This document shows positions 10,552 through 19,513 of a stretch of DNA of 64,000 nucleotides, piece after piece; positions within the stretch are counted from its first letter, which is position 1, and every line of letters starts with the position of its first letter. Position numbers and translations under genes: made by a program. The notes under the pieces were generated by a model, which saw only the letters and a list, made by a program, of their open reading frames with translations, searched no databases and was not told the origin of the DNA. Source of the DNA: Alphaproteobacteria bacterium (lineage in GTDB: Bacteria; Pseudomonadota; Alphaproteobacteria; MPNO01; UBA830); the NCBI GenBank assembly GCA_964291215.2, contig OZ219791.1:2400001-2464000 (forward strand), read 5' to 3'.

Positions 10552-10833
10552 ATGGAGTTTGAATGGGACGAGGCCAAGAACAGTGCCTGTTTCGAGCGTC
10601 GCGGTTTCGACTTCGCCTATGCCGTCCGGGCCTTCCTCGATCCGCACCGGATCGTCGCCTAGGACCGCCGGCGGAACTATGGCGAGGACCGCTACCGGCT
10701 GCTCGGCACAGTCGACGGGCGAGCCTATGTCGTCGTCTACACGGTGCGGGGTTCGGCCGTTCGCATCATTTCGGCCCGCAAGGCCAATCGTAAGGAGGTC
10801 GCGAACCATGAGCACAACACGCATCAGGATTGA
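10552..10833 (+). pseudogene. brnT: BrnT-family toxin with in-frame TAG at 10660-10662
   Basis: MEFEWDEAKN...GFDF...YGEDRY...VVVYT...RIISARKANRKE translated manually. Confidence 0.85.
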
Positions 10834-11143
10834 TCCCGACGATCCGTCCACCCTGCCCGAAGGGCGGTTCGATCCCGCCAGGGTGGACGCCACGACCGAG
10901 GCAGAGATCGCGGCCCAGGAGCGGGAGGCCGAGGCCGAGGCCTTGCAGGACATGGCGCGGTATGCCCGCCGGGTCCGGCGGCGGCTGGGGCTTTCCCAGA
11001 CCGAGCTGGCGCGGCGCATCGACGTGCCGCACGCGACTATCCGCAACTGGGAGCAGGGGAAGCGTTGCCCGACCGGAGCGGCGCGCGCCCTGTTGCGGGT
11101 GCTTGACAAGGTGCCGGAAACCGCACTCCGCGTGCTGACCTGA
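10808..11143 (+). CDS. XRE-type HTH antitoxin
   Basis: RRRLGLSQTELARRIDVPHATIRNWEQGKRCPTGAARALL; AAGGAGG RBS; overlaps the toxin end. Confidence 0.85.
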   Translation: MSTTRIRIDPDDPSTLPEGRFDPARVDATTEAEIAAQEREAEAEALQDMARYARRVRRRLGLSQTELARRIDVPHATIRNWEQGKRCPTGAARALLRVLDKVPETALRVLT

Positions 11144-11301
11144 AGGGATGGCAGCGATGCCGCCCGGCGATTTTCTTCGATCATACGCCAGGCGCGGCGT
11201 GCCCCCCCTTGCGTCCTCCTAGCTACTCAAGTATATGATTCTATGCAGGAAATACCCTACCGGTGCCGTTTGACATGGCCCAATTACCGGCCCAAAACCT
11301 T

Positions 11302-11711
11302 CATTGCCGGGCGGGTCGGCCACCCCGTATCATGAAAACAGGTGCCGGCCGCGCGGGCGGGACTTCGGGCTTTTACGGGGTTGCCTACCGGTCACGGTCC
11401 GCAAGACGGGCACCGAAGATGGCGAGTATCGGACGCCTCGGGAGCAGTGCTCTGGCGGGGAGGGGTTTTTGTGCGCCCGATCCCCAACAATTTTCACGGC
11501 AAACGTCCATTGCCGGGCGGGTCGGCCACCCCGTATCATGAAAACAGGTGCCGGCCGCGCGGGCGGGACTTCGGGCTTTTACGGGGTTGCCTACCGGTCA
11601 CGGTCCGCAAGACGGGCGCCGCAGATGGCGAGTATCGGACGCCTCGGGAGCAGTGCTTTGGCGGGGAGTGATTTTTGTGCGCCCGATCCCCAACAATTTT
11701 CACGGCAAACG
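11302..11711. repeat. 206-bp repeat, tandem copies 2 and 3
   Basis: CATTGCCGGG at 11302 and 11508 (period 206); same unit as 1356-1564. Confidence 0.92.
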
Positions 11712-11832
11712 CCGTCCAACTTTGCTACCCCGAGCGCTCAATTCGCATCCGCTCGTGTTGCCCATAGCTCTTTCTGCGACATTGGCTTCGCTAGTTCAGG
11801 CCAGCACGGGCGCGAGCAGACGCATCGCCTTA

Positions 11833-13383
11833 TCACGCCGCCTGCTTCGTATCGGTCAACGGATGCTTGAAGTAATGCTCATCGAGCGTGTCAAGAATGG
11901 CCTTGCGCGAAGCCTGCCTCGCATACTCCCGCACCTGGGCGCCATCGCGCCAGCCGATCTCTATCCACGTACGTTTGGCCTTTTCCGTTTCAAGGAGTGC
12001 CAGCGCCTCGTCATCAAACAGGCCGGTCGTCCAGATCTCGAAGCCGAGCCGGCAACCCTGGAACCGTTCCTCGGCGCGGTGAAACCGCCAGATGCGGTTG
12101 ACTTTCTCAATCCAGGCCGCGATTTCATCCGGTCCGATCCGGGCGTCCGGCTGGCGGGCACGGCATTCGTAGAACCAGCATTCCTGCTGCTCCTTGATGC
12201 GCCGGACATCGATTTCGGCGGGCTTGCCGGACTTGGGGTCATAGACGATCTCACCGATATCGATGGTGTTGCCGTCAACTTCCCTGACAAGATAGCCGAC
12301 AATCATCTCGAACAAGGCGCCGCGCAGGTTGCCGGCGGCGCCTTCGATCGCCTTGAGGTCGGAGAGTAAACCAATGACACGGTCCGGGTTGGCGGCGGCG
12401 ACCGCGGCGGCACGGGTCAGCGTATCAATCAGTGAACCGATGGCCTTGGCGACGGTGTCACCGAACAGATTGCGGGTTGTGGCCATGACCACGCCGGCCG
12501 ATCGGCCAGCTCGCAGGGCTTCGCGGGTGTAACCGTCGGCAAGCAGGACCGGCATGAAAGGCACAACGCGGCGCATGGCCTTGAGCATGCGGACCTTGCG
12601 CAGGAAGTACTGAATGTGGGGCACATCGAGCGTGCCGCCGCAAAACACATCGGCGACAAAGAACCCCGGCTTGCGGTCATCGCTGCCGCCGGACGCCAAG
12701 GGCAACAAATAGCTGGGGCCGGTGAGGTCCCAGTGGAAGGTGCTGAACTTGGGGGCATGATGGGCATCGCGGATATCGATGGCGTTGTAGCTGGCCATGC
12801 CCAGCTTGCGCGCCCATTCGCGCAGGCCGTCCATGAGCACATCCTCGGCGATCTTGCGGGCGCGGAACGCGTGCGGGCCGGGGCCATCGAAAATATGACG
12901 GCTAAGAGCGATGCATTCGCCCATCTCGCCGATCTCGAACCGCTCAACAAGGCCGGCACTTACGAGGTTGTCCAACACACCGGATAGAGGTACCTGCTTC
13001 TTCTGTGCCTCGGGCGAGCCGGCCACGACATTGAATCTGGTGCGCTGAGCCAGCCCGCCCCGAGTCATCAACCCGTCCAGGGCCAAGCCGTAGATTGAGC
13101 CGGATTCACGCAGGTCGCGGACGAGAGCGTCCCAGAATTTCTCCGAGTTCCGGTCGTCCTCGTGGTAAAGAAAGGCCTCGTTTTTCGGAAGCAGGCGGAT
13201 GGGAAATTTGCGGACCGGCGGCGAAACGCGCGAGACGCGCTTCTTGGCGGCATCAGCCGTCAGGCCATGCCCGTCAGCGAGCGCGCCGGCGAGCCGCGAA
13301 GCGCGCATCGGGCCGTGTGCGGCCAGGATCGTTCGTATCGGGTCAGCGGATGTCACGCTGCTTAATATATATTTCGTTGCCAA
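11833..13383 (-). CDS. Uncharacterised protein with PD-(D/E)xK-like nuclease domain(s), candidate defence gene
   Basis: Intact 516-aa ORF (start uncertain); GALFEMIV...AEIDVRR...WFYECRA restriction-fold motif, plus an upstream WDLTGP...FFVADV...PVLLADGYTREA degenerate unit. Confidence 0.7.
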   Translation of the reverse strand: MATKYILSSVTSADPIRTILAAHGPMRASRLAGALADGHGLTADAAKKRVSRVSPPVRKFPIRLLPKNEAFLYHEDDRNSEKFWDALVRDLRESGSIYGLALDGLMTRGGLAQRTRFNVVAGSPEAQKKQVPLSGVLDNLVSAGLVERFEIGEMGECIALSRHIFDGPGPHAFRARKIAEDVLMDGLREWARKLGMASYNAIDIRDAHHAPKFSTFHWDLTGPSYLLPLASGGSDDRKPGFFVADVFCGGTLDVPHIQYFLRKVRMLKAMRRVVPFMPVLLADGYTREALRAGRSAGVVMATTRNLFGDTVAKAIGSLIDTLTRAAAVAAANPDRVIGLLSDLKAIEGAAGNLRGALFEMIVGYLVREVDGNTIDIGEIVYDPKSGKPAEIDVRRIKEQQECWFYECRARQPDARIGPDEIAAWIEKVNRIWRFHRAEERFQGCRLGFEIWTTGLFDDEALALLETEKAKRTWIEIGWRDGAQVREYARQASRKAILDTLDEHYFKHPLTDTKQAA

Positions 13384-13476
13384 CGCTGAAGGCTTGAAAT
13401 TTTTCTTTTTTTATAATCAATGTCTTACAGAAGTATACGGTCACCGTACCGTCACCGTGCCCGCGGAATCCAACGG

Positions 13477-13590
13477 TCAGGCAAGCCGGGGTAGCGGGCT
13501 GGGGTCCTGGCGCGGCAGCACCAGCGTGAGCGAGCGGCGCGCCCGGCTCAGGGCCACATACAGCTTGCATCGCGCATAGTTGGAGCGAAC
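13477..13590 (-). pseudogene. C-terminal remnant of a UvrD-type helicase
   Basis: CKLYVALSRARRSLTLV matches SF1 helicase motif VI. Confidence 0.55.
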
Positions 13591-13639
13591 CCAGCTTTGC
13601 CCAGCTTTGCACACCGTGCAACTGATCGGGGGACCGCAG

Positions 13640-14137
13640 TCATGGCAGCCATTCGCCTCACCCAGCACCGGGTCGACAGCCGCCAGCCGATTCGGTAGTC
13701 CCGCGCGCCCGTGATCCCGAACCCGACGTTCGGCGTCTCGGTGAAGCGGTCGCCGAACAGCGCCATGCCGTAGCGGAGCTCACTCGCCAGCCGGCTCTCC
13801 GGCTCGAACGTCCCGCCGTCGGGCGCAAGCCCCCGCGCATCCCGCGCCTACCACAGCCGGTCGACACCGCTCCCCCGGCGCGCCGTATGTGGGCGCCAGG
13901 CTGAACGAGAGGCCGCGACCGCGCTCCCCGGGCGCCAGACGCACCGCGCCCCATTCGCGGTAGTTCGAGTCCTCGTGGGCAATGAGCGCGCGGACGCTGG
14001 CCTCCATGCTGAGCCCCGTCTCCGGGTCCGCGTACGACAATCGCCCGCCGAGCTCGACGCCCGTGCCGGTCTCGGCATCGCCGCCGTCATGGCGCAACCC
14101 GAGCTCCAGGCCCGGCGTGAAGACGCCGCCATCGCCC
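13640..14137 (-). pseudogene. Autotransporter beta-barrel C-terminal fragment
   Basis: TPGLELGLRHDGGDAETGTGVELGG, VRLAPGERGRGLSFSLAP, GVDRLW, TPNVGFG, RDYRIGWRL spread over several frames. Confidence 0.75.
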
Positions 14138-14430
14138 ATCCTCCAGGCGCCGCGAGGCGCCGTATGCCGATTCGGATGCAGACTGGCACGAAGCGGCGCG
14201 GATGCGCGCGCAGACCGGCGGGATCGATGTCCGGCGGTACCAGCCAGCATGCATGCCGCGCGAAATTTTTTTCATCATGCCACAGGGGGCGCATGCGGGG
14301 CCTGCCGTATCCTGGAGGGGACAGGCTGTTGATTCCGCACAGGAAATCCCCTTGCTGCACCGTTTGACAATGCCATTTCGCAGGGACAAATCTGCTCCCG
14401 GAGACGCGGTTATGCGGGGGAGCGGCAGGC

Positions 14431-14641
14431 ATGGAGACAGGCAGCGACGACGGCGCGCGCGGGGACCTTCGCCGCGCCGCCGCCAACGACAATCCCGCCC
14501 CGGACAGTGGGCCGGAAGCCCGGATCGAGGCCGCAGCGCTACGCCTCGCCCGCTTGCTGGGCCGGCAGATCGCGCGCGCGCTTCGAGGCGGGCCGCGCCG
14601 CCAACGACAACGCGCTGGCGGACGAGGCCGGCGACGGATAG
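14431..14641 (+). pseudogene. Small AANDN-motif protein typical of serine-recombinase islands
   Basis: Two AANDN motifs and LARLLGRQIAR; one frameshift near 14580. Confidence 0.5.
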
Positions 14642-14677
14642 GTGACCCGGACCCCCGCGCGCGGCGTCCTGGGCCCG

Positions 14678-15187
14678 CTACAGCCCGAGCCGTTCGAACG
14701 TCCGAAGCGGCAGGTACAGGCGCAGCGGCCGCGACGGGAACGGCACGAAGCCGTACCGCTCGTAGAAGGCGCTGGCGCGGTCGTGCAGCGCATCGACCAC
14801 GACGGCATAGACGCCGATGGTGTCGCCCGCGCGGACGACCCGATGGATCGCATCGAGCAGCAGGGTCTCGCCGAGCCCGCTTTCCTGACTGCGAAGATCG
14901 ACGGCCAGCCGCCCGATGACGGCCGCCGGCACGGGATAGTGCGGCAGCCGCCGGGCGAGGTCCGCCGGCAGGTTGTCCTTCTCGAAGCTCGCCGCGCTCA
15001 GCGTGTAGTAGCCGGCGATCCGTTCCGACGGGTCGCCCGGTGCGACTAACACCCGCGCGACGCGCCGCCGGGCGTCCTGGGAAGCTTGCCGGCGGATGTA
15101 GCGGTCGAGCGACGGCTCCCCGCAGGAGAAGGTCGCGCGGTCGTGATGCGGGCCGAGCGGCTCGACCGTCAGCGGCGCTTCATCCAC
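14678..15187 (-). CDS. GNAT acetyltransferase toxin (TacT/AtaT family)
   Basis: HDRATFSCGEPSLDRY, IAGYYTLSA, PVPAAVIGRLAVD, VVDAL...FYERYGF. Confidence 0.92.
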   Translation of the reverse strand: MDEAPLTVEPLGPHHDRATFSCGEPSLDRYIRRQASQDARRRVARVLVAPGDPSERIAGYYTLSAASFEKDNLPADLARRLPHYPVPAAVIGRLAVDLRSQESGLGETLLLDAIHRVVRAGDTIGVYAVVVDALHDRASAFYERYGFVPFPSRPLRLYLPLRTFERLGL

Positions 15188-15464
15188 CGATGCGCTCGCG
15201 GTAACGGCGCGCGGCGCGGCGCAGCGCCGCGTTCGGCGCGGGCGGGTTGAGCAGCGCGTCGTGGAAGGCGTCCCAGTCCGTCGCCGGGAGGACGATCCGC
15301 TCGCGCGCCTCGATCACCCGCTCGGCCTCGGCTACGGCGCTGCGCAGCACGAAACGGCTGACCGTGGTTTCCTCGTAGGCCGCCGCGCGTTCGAGCTTGC
15401 GCTTGCTCCTGGCGTCGAGGCGCAGGTGGACCCGCTCGTGCTTCGTCTCGGCTGTTTCGGCCAT
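15180..15464 (-). CDS. DUF1778 RHH antitoxin (TacA/AtaR family)
   Basis: ERVHLRL...LERAAA...VSRFVL...FHDALLNPPAPNAAL; overlaps the GNAT start. Confidence 0.9.
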   Translation of the reverse strand: MAETAETKHERVHLRLDARSKRKLERAAAYEETTVSRFVLRSAVAEAERVIEARERIVLPATDWDAFHDALLNPPAPNAALRRAARRYRERIGG

Positions 15465-15518
15465 TACGATGTCTCCCGCGTGAGTTGACGATAGACATAT
15501 GCACCAAATTGGCGCACA

Positions 15519-17222
15519 TTGCAACAGTGTCGGCGGAGGACGCCGACGAGAGACAGGAGAACCGAGACCCTTCGCTGTGCGCTTTACGCCCGCTATTCGT
15601 CCGACCAGCAGCGGCCGGCCTCCATCGAGGACCAGTTCCGGGTCTGCCGCGAGCACGCGGAGCGCGAGGGCTGGAAGATCGTCGGCACGTACAGGGACTC
15701 CGCCATCTCGGGAGACAGCGTGATCCTCCGGCCCGGCGTCCAGGCGCTTCTGGAGGACGCGCGGCGGGGCGCGTTCGAGACCGTCGTCGCCCTCGACCGG
15801 ATCAGCCGCGACCAGGCCGATGTTGCGACCCTCTACAAGCATCTGCGCTTCGCCGGCGTGACGATCTTCACGCTCGCGGCGGGCGAAGGCGAGATCAACG
15901 AGCTTCACGTCGGCCTCAAGGGGACCATGAACGCGCTCTTCCTGAAGGACCTCGCGGCGAAGACGCACCGGGGGCTCCGGGGCCGCGTCGAGGCCGGCAA
16001 GTCGGGTGGCGGCATCTGCTACGGCTACGATGTGGTGAAGCTGCACGACGAGGCCGGCGAGCGCATCCGGGGCGAGCGGGAGATCAACGAGGCCGAGGCG
16101 GAGATCGTCCGGCGCATCTTCCGCGAGTTCGCCGCCGGCGCCAGCCCGCGCGCCATCGCGCGGCGCCTCAACGACGAGGGCATCCCCGGCGCCAAGGGCA
16201 GGCTCTGGAGCGACTCCGTCCTGCGCGGCCACGCCAGGCGCGGCACCGGGCTGCTCAACAACGAGCTCTATATCGGCCGGCTGGTGTGGAACCGCCAGCG
16301 CTTCCTGAAGAACCCGGACACCGGCAAGCGGGTCGCGCGCGTCAACCCGCCCGAGGAATGGATAATCGCCGAGGTTCCGGAGCTCCGCATCGTCGACGAC
16401 GCGCTGTGGCAGGACGCCAAGACCCGGCAGGGAGAGCTTGCCGAGAAATACGCCATCGCGGCGACGCGGAACGCCCACGCCAACCCCATGAACGCCGCCC
16501 ACCGGCCGCGTTACCTGCTCTCCGGGCTGCTCGAATGCGGCGTCTGCGGCGGCCCCTATTCCATGCGCGGACAGGGCCGCTACGGCTGCTCTAACCACGT
16601 CATGACGGGCTCGTGCGCCAACAGCCATCCGGCGCGTCGAGATCGAGGAGCGGGTGCTGGCGGGGCTGAAGGACAAGCTGATGGAGCCCGAGGCCGCCGC
16701 CGAAGCGATGAAAGCGTATGCCGAGGAGACCAACCGGCTCAACCGCGAGCGTCGGGCGCGAGCGACCGCGCGGAGCTGGCCGGGATCGAGAAGAAAATCG
16801 CGTCGATGCTCGACGCCATTGAGGAGGGTGGCTACGTGCGGGGTATGTCCGACCGGCTCCGCGAGCTGGAGGCCCGCCAGGACGAGATCAACGAACGGCT
16901 GTCAGCCGCTCCGGTCGACATCCCGGACGTTCACCCCAACATTGCCGGCGTCTACCGCCGCAAGGTGGAGCGACTCGCGGAGGCGCTGGCCGATCCCCGC
17001 GACCAGGCGGCGGAAGCCATAAGGGGGCTGATCGAGCGGATCGTGCTGACCCCCGGCGCGAAGCATGGCGAGTTGCACGCCGCGCTCCATGGCGACCTCG
17101 GCACCATCCTCGAATGGGCCGGGAGCGGCAGGGCGAAGGGAGCGACCGACATCCTGCGAGGCAGAATGTCGGTCTCGGTGGTAGCGGGGGCAGGATTTGA
17201 ACCTGCAACCTTTAGGTTATGA
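15519..17222 (+). CDS. Large serine recombinase/integrase (compensating frameshifts about 16630-16760; true start probably near 15570)
   Basis: ALYARYSS catalytic Ser, ALDRISRD, recombinase domain NELYIG, zinc ribbon CGVCGG...YGC; a homolog-like segment sits in the alternative frame 16654-16760. Confidence 0.9.
   Translation: MQQCRRRTPTRDRRTETLRCALYARYSSDQQRPASIEDQFRVCREHAEREGWKIVGTYRDSAISGDSVILRPGVQALLEDARRGAFETVVALDRISRDQADVATLYKHLRFAGVTIFTLAAGEGEINELHVGLKGTMNALFLKDLAAKTHRGLRGRVEAGKSGGGICYGYDVVKLHDEAGERIRGEREINEAEAEIVRRIFREFAAGASPRAIARRLNDEGIPGAKGRLWSDSVLRGHARRGTGLLNNELYIGRLVWNRQRFLKNPDTGKRVARVNPPEEWIIAEVPELRIVDDALWQDAKTRQGELAEKYAIAATRNAHANPMNAAHRPRYLLSGLLECGVCGGPYSMRGQGRYGCSNHVMTGSCANSHPARRDRGAGAGGAEGQADGARGRRRSDESVCRGDQPAQPRASGASDRAELAGIEKKIASMLDAIEEGGYVRGMSDRLRELEARQDEINERLSAAPVDIPDVHPNIAGVYRRKVERLAEALADPRDQAAEAIRGLIERIVLTPGAKHGELHAALHGDLGTILEWAGSGRAKGATDILRGRMSVSVVAGAGFEPATFRL
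17179..17222 (-). other. att site: 3' half of tRNA-fMet(CAT)
   Basis: Reverse complement TCATAACCTAAAGGTTGCAGGTTCAAATCCTGCCCCCGCTACCA has the anticodon loop, T-arm and CCA; the 5' half is absent. Confidence 0.85.
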
Positions 17223-17293
17223 ACCAGACATCCTTAAGCTGACAAGTTTCGGACTTGGTGTCTTGCAAGAGCACCCAACGAGTTAGGAAATAT

Positions 17294-17305
17294 AGCTTGC
17301 AAGCT
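17294..17305. promoter_or_regulatory. Palindromic operator upstream of the higBA-like TA pair
   Basis: Perfect 12-bp palindrome AGCTTGCAAGCT containing a TTGCAA -35-like hexamer. Confidence 0.4.
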
Positions 17306-17331
17306 GTATAGCCTCTGTACTATTTTTGGCC

Positions 17332-17676
17332 ATGGAATGGATCGTTGCGTTCTTCGACGCCTTCGAGACCGAGTTCAATGCCTATCCAGAGACTGTCCAA
17401 GATGCCATCTTGGCCAAGGCGGGGCTTCTTGAGCGGGAAGGTTCCCGGTTCGGTCGCCCGCATGTTGACGTGCTCACAGGCTCAAGACATGCCAACATGA
17501 AGGAGTTGTGGTGCAATGTCGGTGACGGCATCCGGCGCGGGCGTTCTCTTCGCCTTCAGCCCCGACCGCCAGGCAATCCTTCTGGCGACCGACAACAAGT
17601 CGGACGTCAGCGAGAAACGGCTTTATCGCCAGTTCCAAGGCTGATGAACATTTCGATCCTTATCTCGATACGATAA
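17332..17676 (+). pseudogene. HigB/RelE (phage gp49-like) toxin, frameshift near 17540
   Basis: GRPHVDVLTGSRHANMKEL, then FAFSPDRQAILL...KSDVSEKRLY in a shifted frame. Confidence 0.8.
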
Positions 17677-17688
17677 AGGGATAAACCA

Positions 17689-18042
17689 ATGCCAACAACC
17701 TTGAAGACCAAGATGGCCGGGCTCCCCCCTAACCGTCTAGAGCGGATCGAGGCAGAAACCGAGCGACTGCATCAGGAGTATCTAACTCTCCAGCAGTTGC
17801 GAAAAGCCAAGGCGTTGACGCAGGCTCAGCTTGCTGAAACGCTAGGTATCCGCCAAGCAACCATTGCCAAGATGGAAAAGCGCAGCGACCTGATGATCTC
17901 CACCCTTCAGAGCTATGTCGAAGCCATGGGCGGTCGTCTTGATTTGGTCGTCGAGTTTCCCGGCCACTCGCCCATCCATCTCGCCGGACTCGGCGACATA
18001 GAACAGCCGACATCATCTAGCGAAGCCGCACGCCGTTCCTGA
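17689..18042 (+). CDS. HigA-type XRE antitoxin
   Basis: LQQLRKAKALTQAQLAETLGIRQATIAKMEKRSDLMISTLQSYVEAMGG. Confidence 0.88.
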   Translation: MPTTLKTKMAGLPPNRLERIEAETERLHQEYLTLQQLRKAKALTQAQLAETLGIRQATIAKMEKRSDLMISTLQSYVEAMGGRLDLVVEFPGHSPIHLAGLGDIEQPTSSSEAARRS

Positions 18043-18313
18043 TGCTCCGCGAAACGCCCATCGTCAATCTTGCACTATACAATTATAGCACCTATTGTAG
18101 ACGTCAAAAAATTGACACAGTATTGACCTCAAATTGGGACAAGAGACGAATATACGCACCTTACGACTATACAGCGAGCTTGATTTACATCGAAACGGAT
18201 ACCGAAAGCGGTGCACCGACGAGACCAGACCTCGAACCTCTCTCCGGGACAGCCGCACCGGGTTCGGTTCAGCCTGAACCCTTCGGCAACGCGCCGGCGT
18301 ACAGGCCGATTGC

Positions 18314-19513
18314 ATGACACGCAGCAAATACGTGCTTCTCGCAGCGATTCTGGGTCTGCTTCCCATGTTGCTGCCGATGTCGGTCGATGGATCCCTTGCC
18401 ATTCTGCCGGCACTCGGGGATCATTTCGGCGCGGGATCGTCAGTCGTGCAGCTGAGCCTGAGCGCCGTCGTGGCCGGAATAGCTGCAGGCCAGCTGGTGT
18501 ACGGTCCCCTGTCGGACAAATTCGGGCGCAAGCCGGTCATTGTCGGAGGCCTTCTGGCTTATCTTACCGTCGCCGTGGCATGCTCGGCGGCCACCAGCAT
18601 CGAGATGCTCACGGGATTCAGGTTTCTGCAGGGATTCTTCGCCTGCTCGGGCGTTATCGTGGCCCGCGCCGTTATCCGAGATCTGTTCAACGACGAGGCT
18701 GGCGCACGGCTCTTTGCGCTGATGATGGGCATCCACGGCATCATGCCGGCGGTCGCTCCCGGGCTTAGCAGTTGGATCGATCAGGAATGGGGTTGGCAGA
18801 CCGTCTTCGTGGCGATGGCAGGTTTTACCCTCATCGTTGTCGTCACGGTCGTCGTCGGTCTTCCCGAGACCCTGCAGAACCGCAACCCGGGCAGCATCCG
18901 CGTGCGCACCATGCTGCTCAACTACCGCCAGATTCTTGGCAACCGGACATTCAGGGCGAACACCGCGTGCGCCTGTTTACTGTACGGTTCGCTGTTCGCC
19001 TATTTTGCCGGCGCGCCAACGGTTTTCCTACGGTATCTCGAACTCGGTCCCCTCGAATTCGGCGTGGCGCTGGCGATACCGATGATCTCCTATGTCGTCA
19101 TCCAGGTCGTGGTCGCGCGATTCGTCTACAGACTCGGGCTCGACCGGATGATCCGGATCGGAAGCGGAATCGCCATCCTCGCAGGCACCGGCATGATCCT
19201 TTTCGTCGTTTCCGGGCTGGCCAATGTCTATACCCTGACCGGTCCGATTACTCTTGTCTTGGTGGCCCATGCCTTCATAAATCCCGCGATCGCGACGGGT
19301 GCGATTTCCCCTTTCGCGCACGCGGCAGGAACGGCTTCCTCCGTGCTCGGTTTCATCCAGTTTCTTGCCGCAGCGGCGATGACGGCCATCGTGGGCATAG
19401 TGGATGACGGGACGCCGCTGCCGATGGCGGCAGGAATCTGCGTGTCCTCTTTCGGCGTGCTGGCCGCCTATCTCTTCCTCGTCCGGCCGTTGCCCCGCAG
19501 ACCGCAATCATGA
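18314..19513 (+). CDS. Bcr/CflA-family MFS efflux transporter
   Basis: GQLVYGPLSDKFGRKPV MFS motif A, ARAVIRD, LPETL; hydrophobic pattern consistent with 12 TM segments. Confidence 0.92.
   Translation: MTRSKYVLLAAILGLLPMLLPMSVDGSLAILPALGDHFGAGSSVVQLSLSAVVAGIAAGQLVYGPLSDKFGRKPVIVGGLLAYLTVAVACSAATSIEMLTGFRFLQGFFACSGVIVARAVIRDLFNDEAGARLFALMMGIHGIMPAVAPGLSSWIDQEWGWQTVFVAMAGFTLIVVVTVVVGLPETLQNRNPGSIRVRTMLLNYRQILGNRTFRANTACACLLYGSLFAYFAGAPTVFLRYLELGPLEFGVALAIPMISYVVIQVVVARFVYRLGLDRMIRIGSGIAILAGTGMILFVVSGLANVYTLTGPITLVLVAHAFINPAIATGAISPFAHAAGTASSVLGFIQFLAAAAMTAIVGIVDDGTPLPMAAGICVSSFGVLAAYLFLVRPLPRRPQS

Noticed and set aside
8859-10662. In-frame TAG codons (MTase, BrnT) as stop-codon recoding
   Set aside because: TAG terminates intact genes in this window (e.g. 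at 61197 and 61677), and the affected genes lie in decayed DNA.
11302-11711. CRISPR array or iteron interpretation of the tandem repeat
   Set aside because: The unit is 206 bp with no unique spacers, and there are no cas or rep genes nearby.
17179-17260. Complete tRNA-Met gene
   Set aside because: Only the anticodon loop to CCA is present; the D-arm and 5' acceptor strand are missing.
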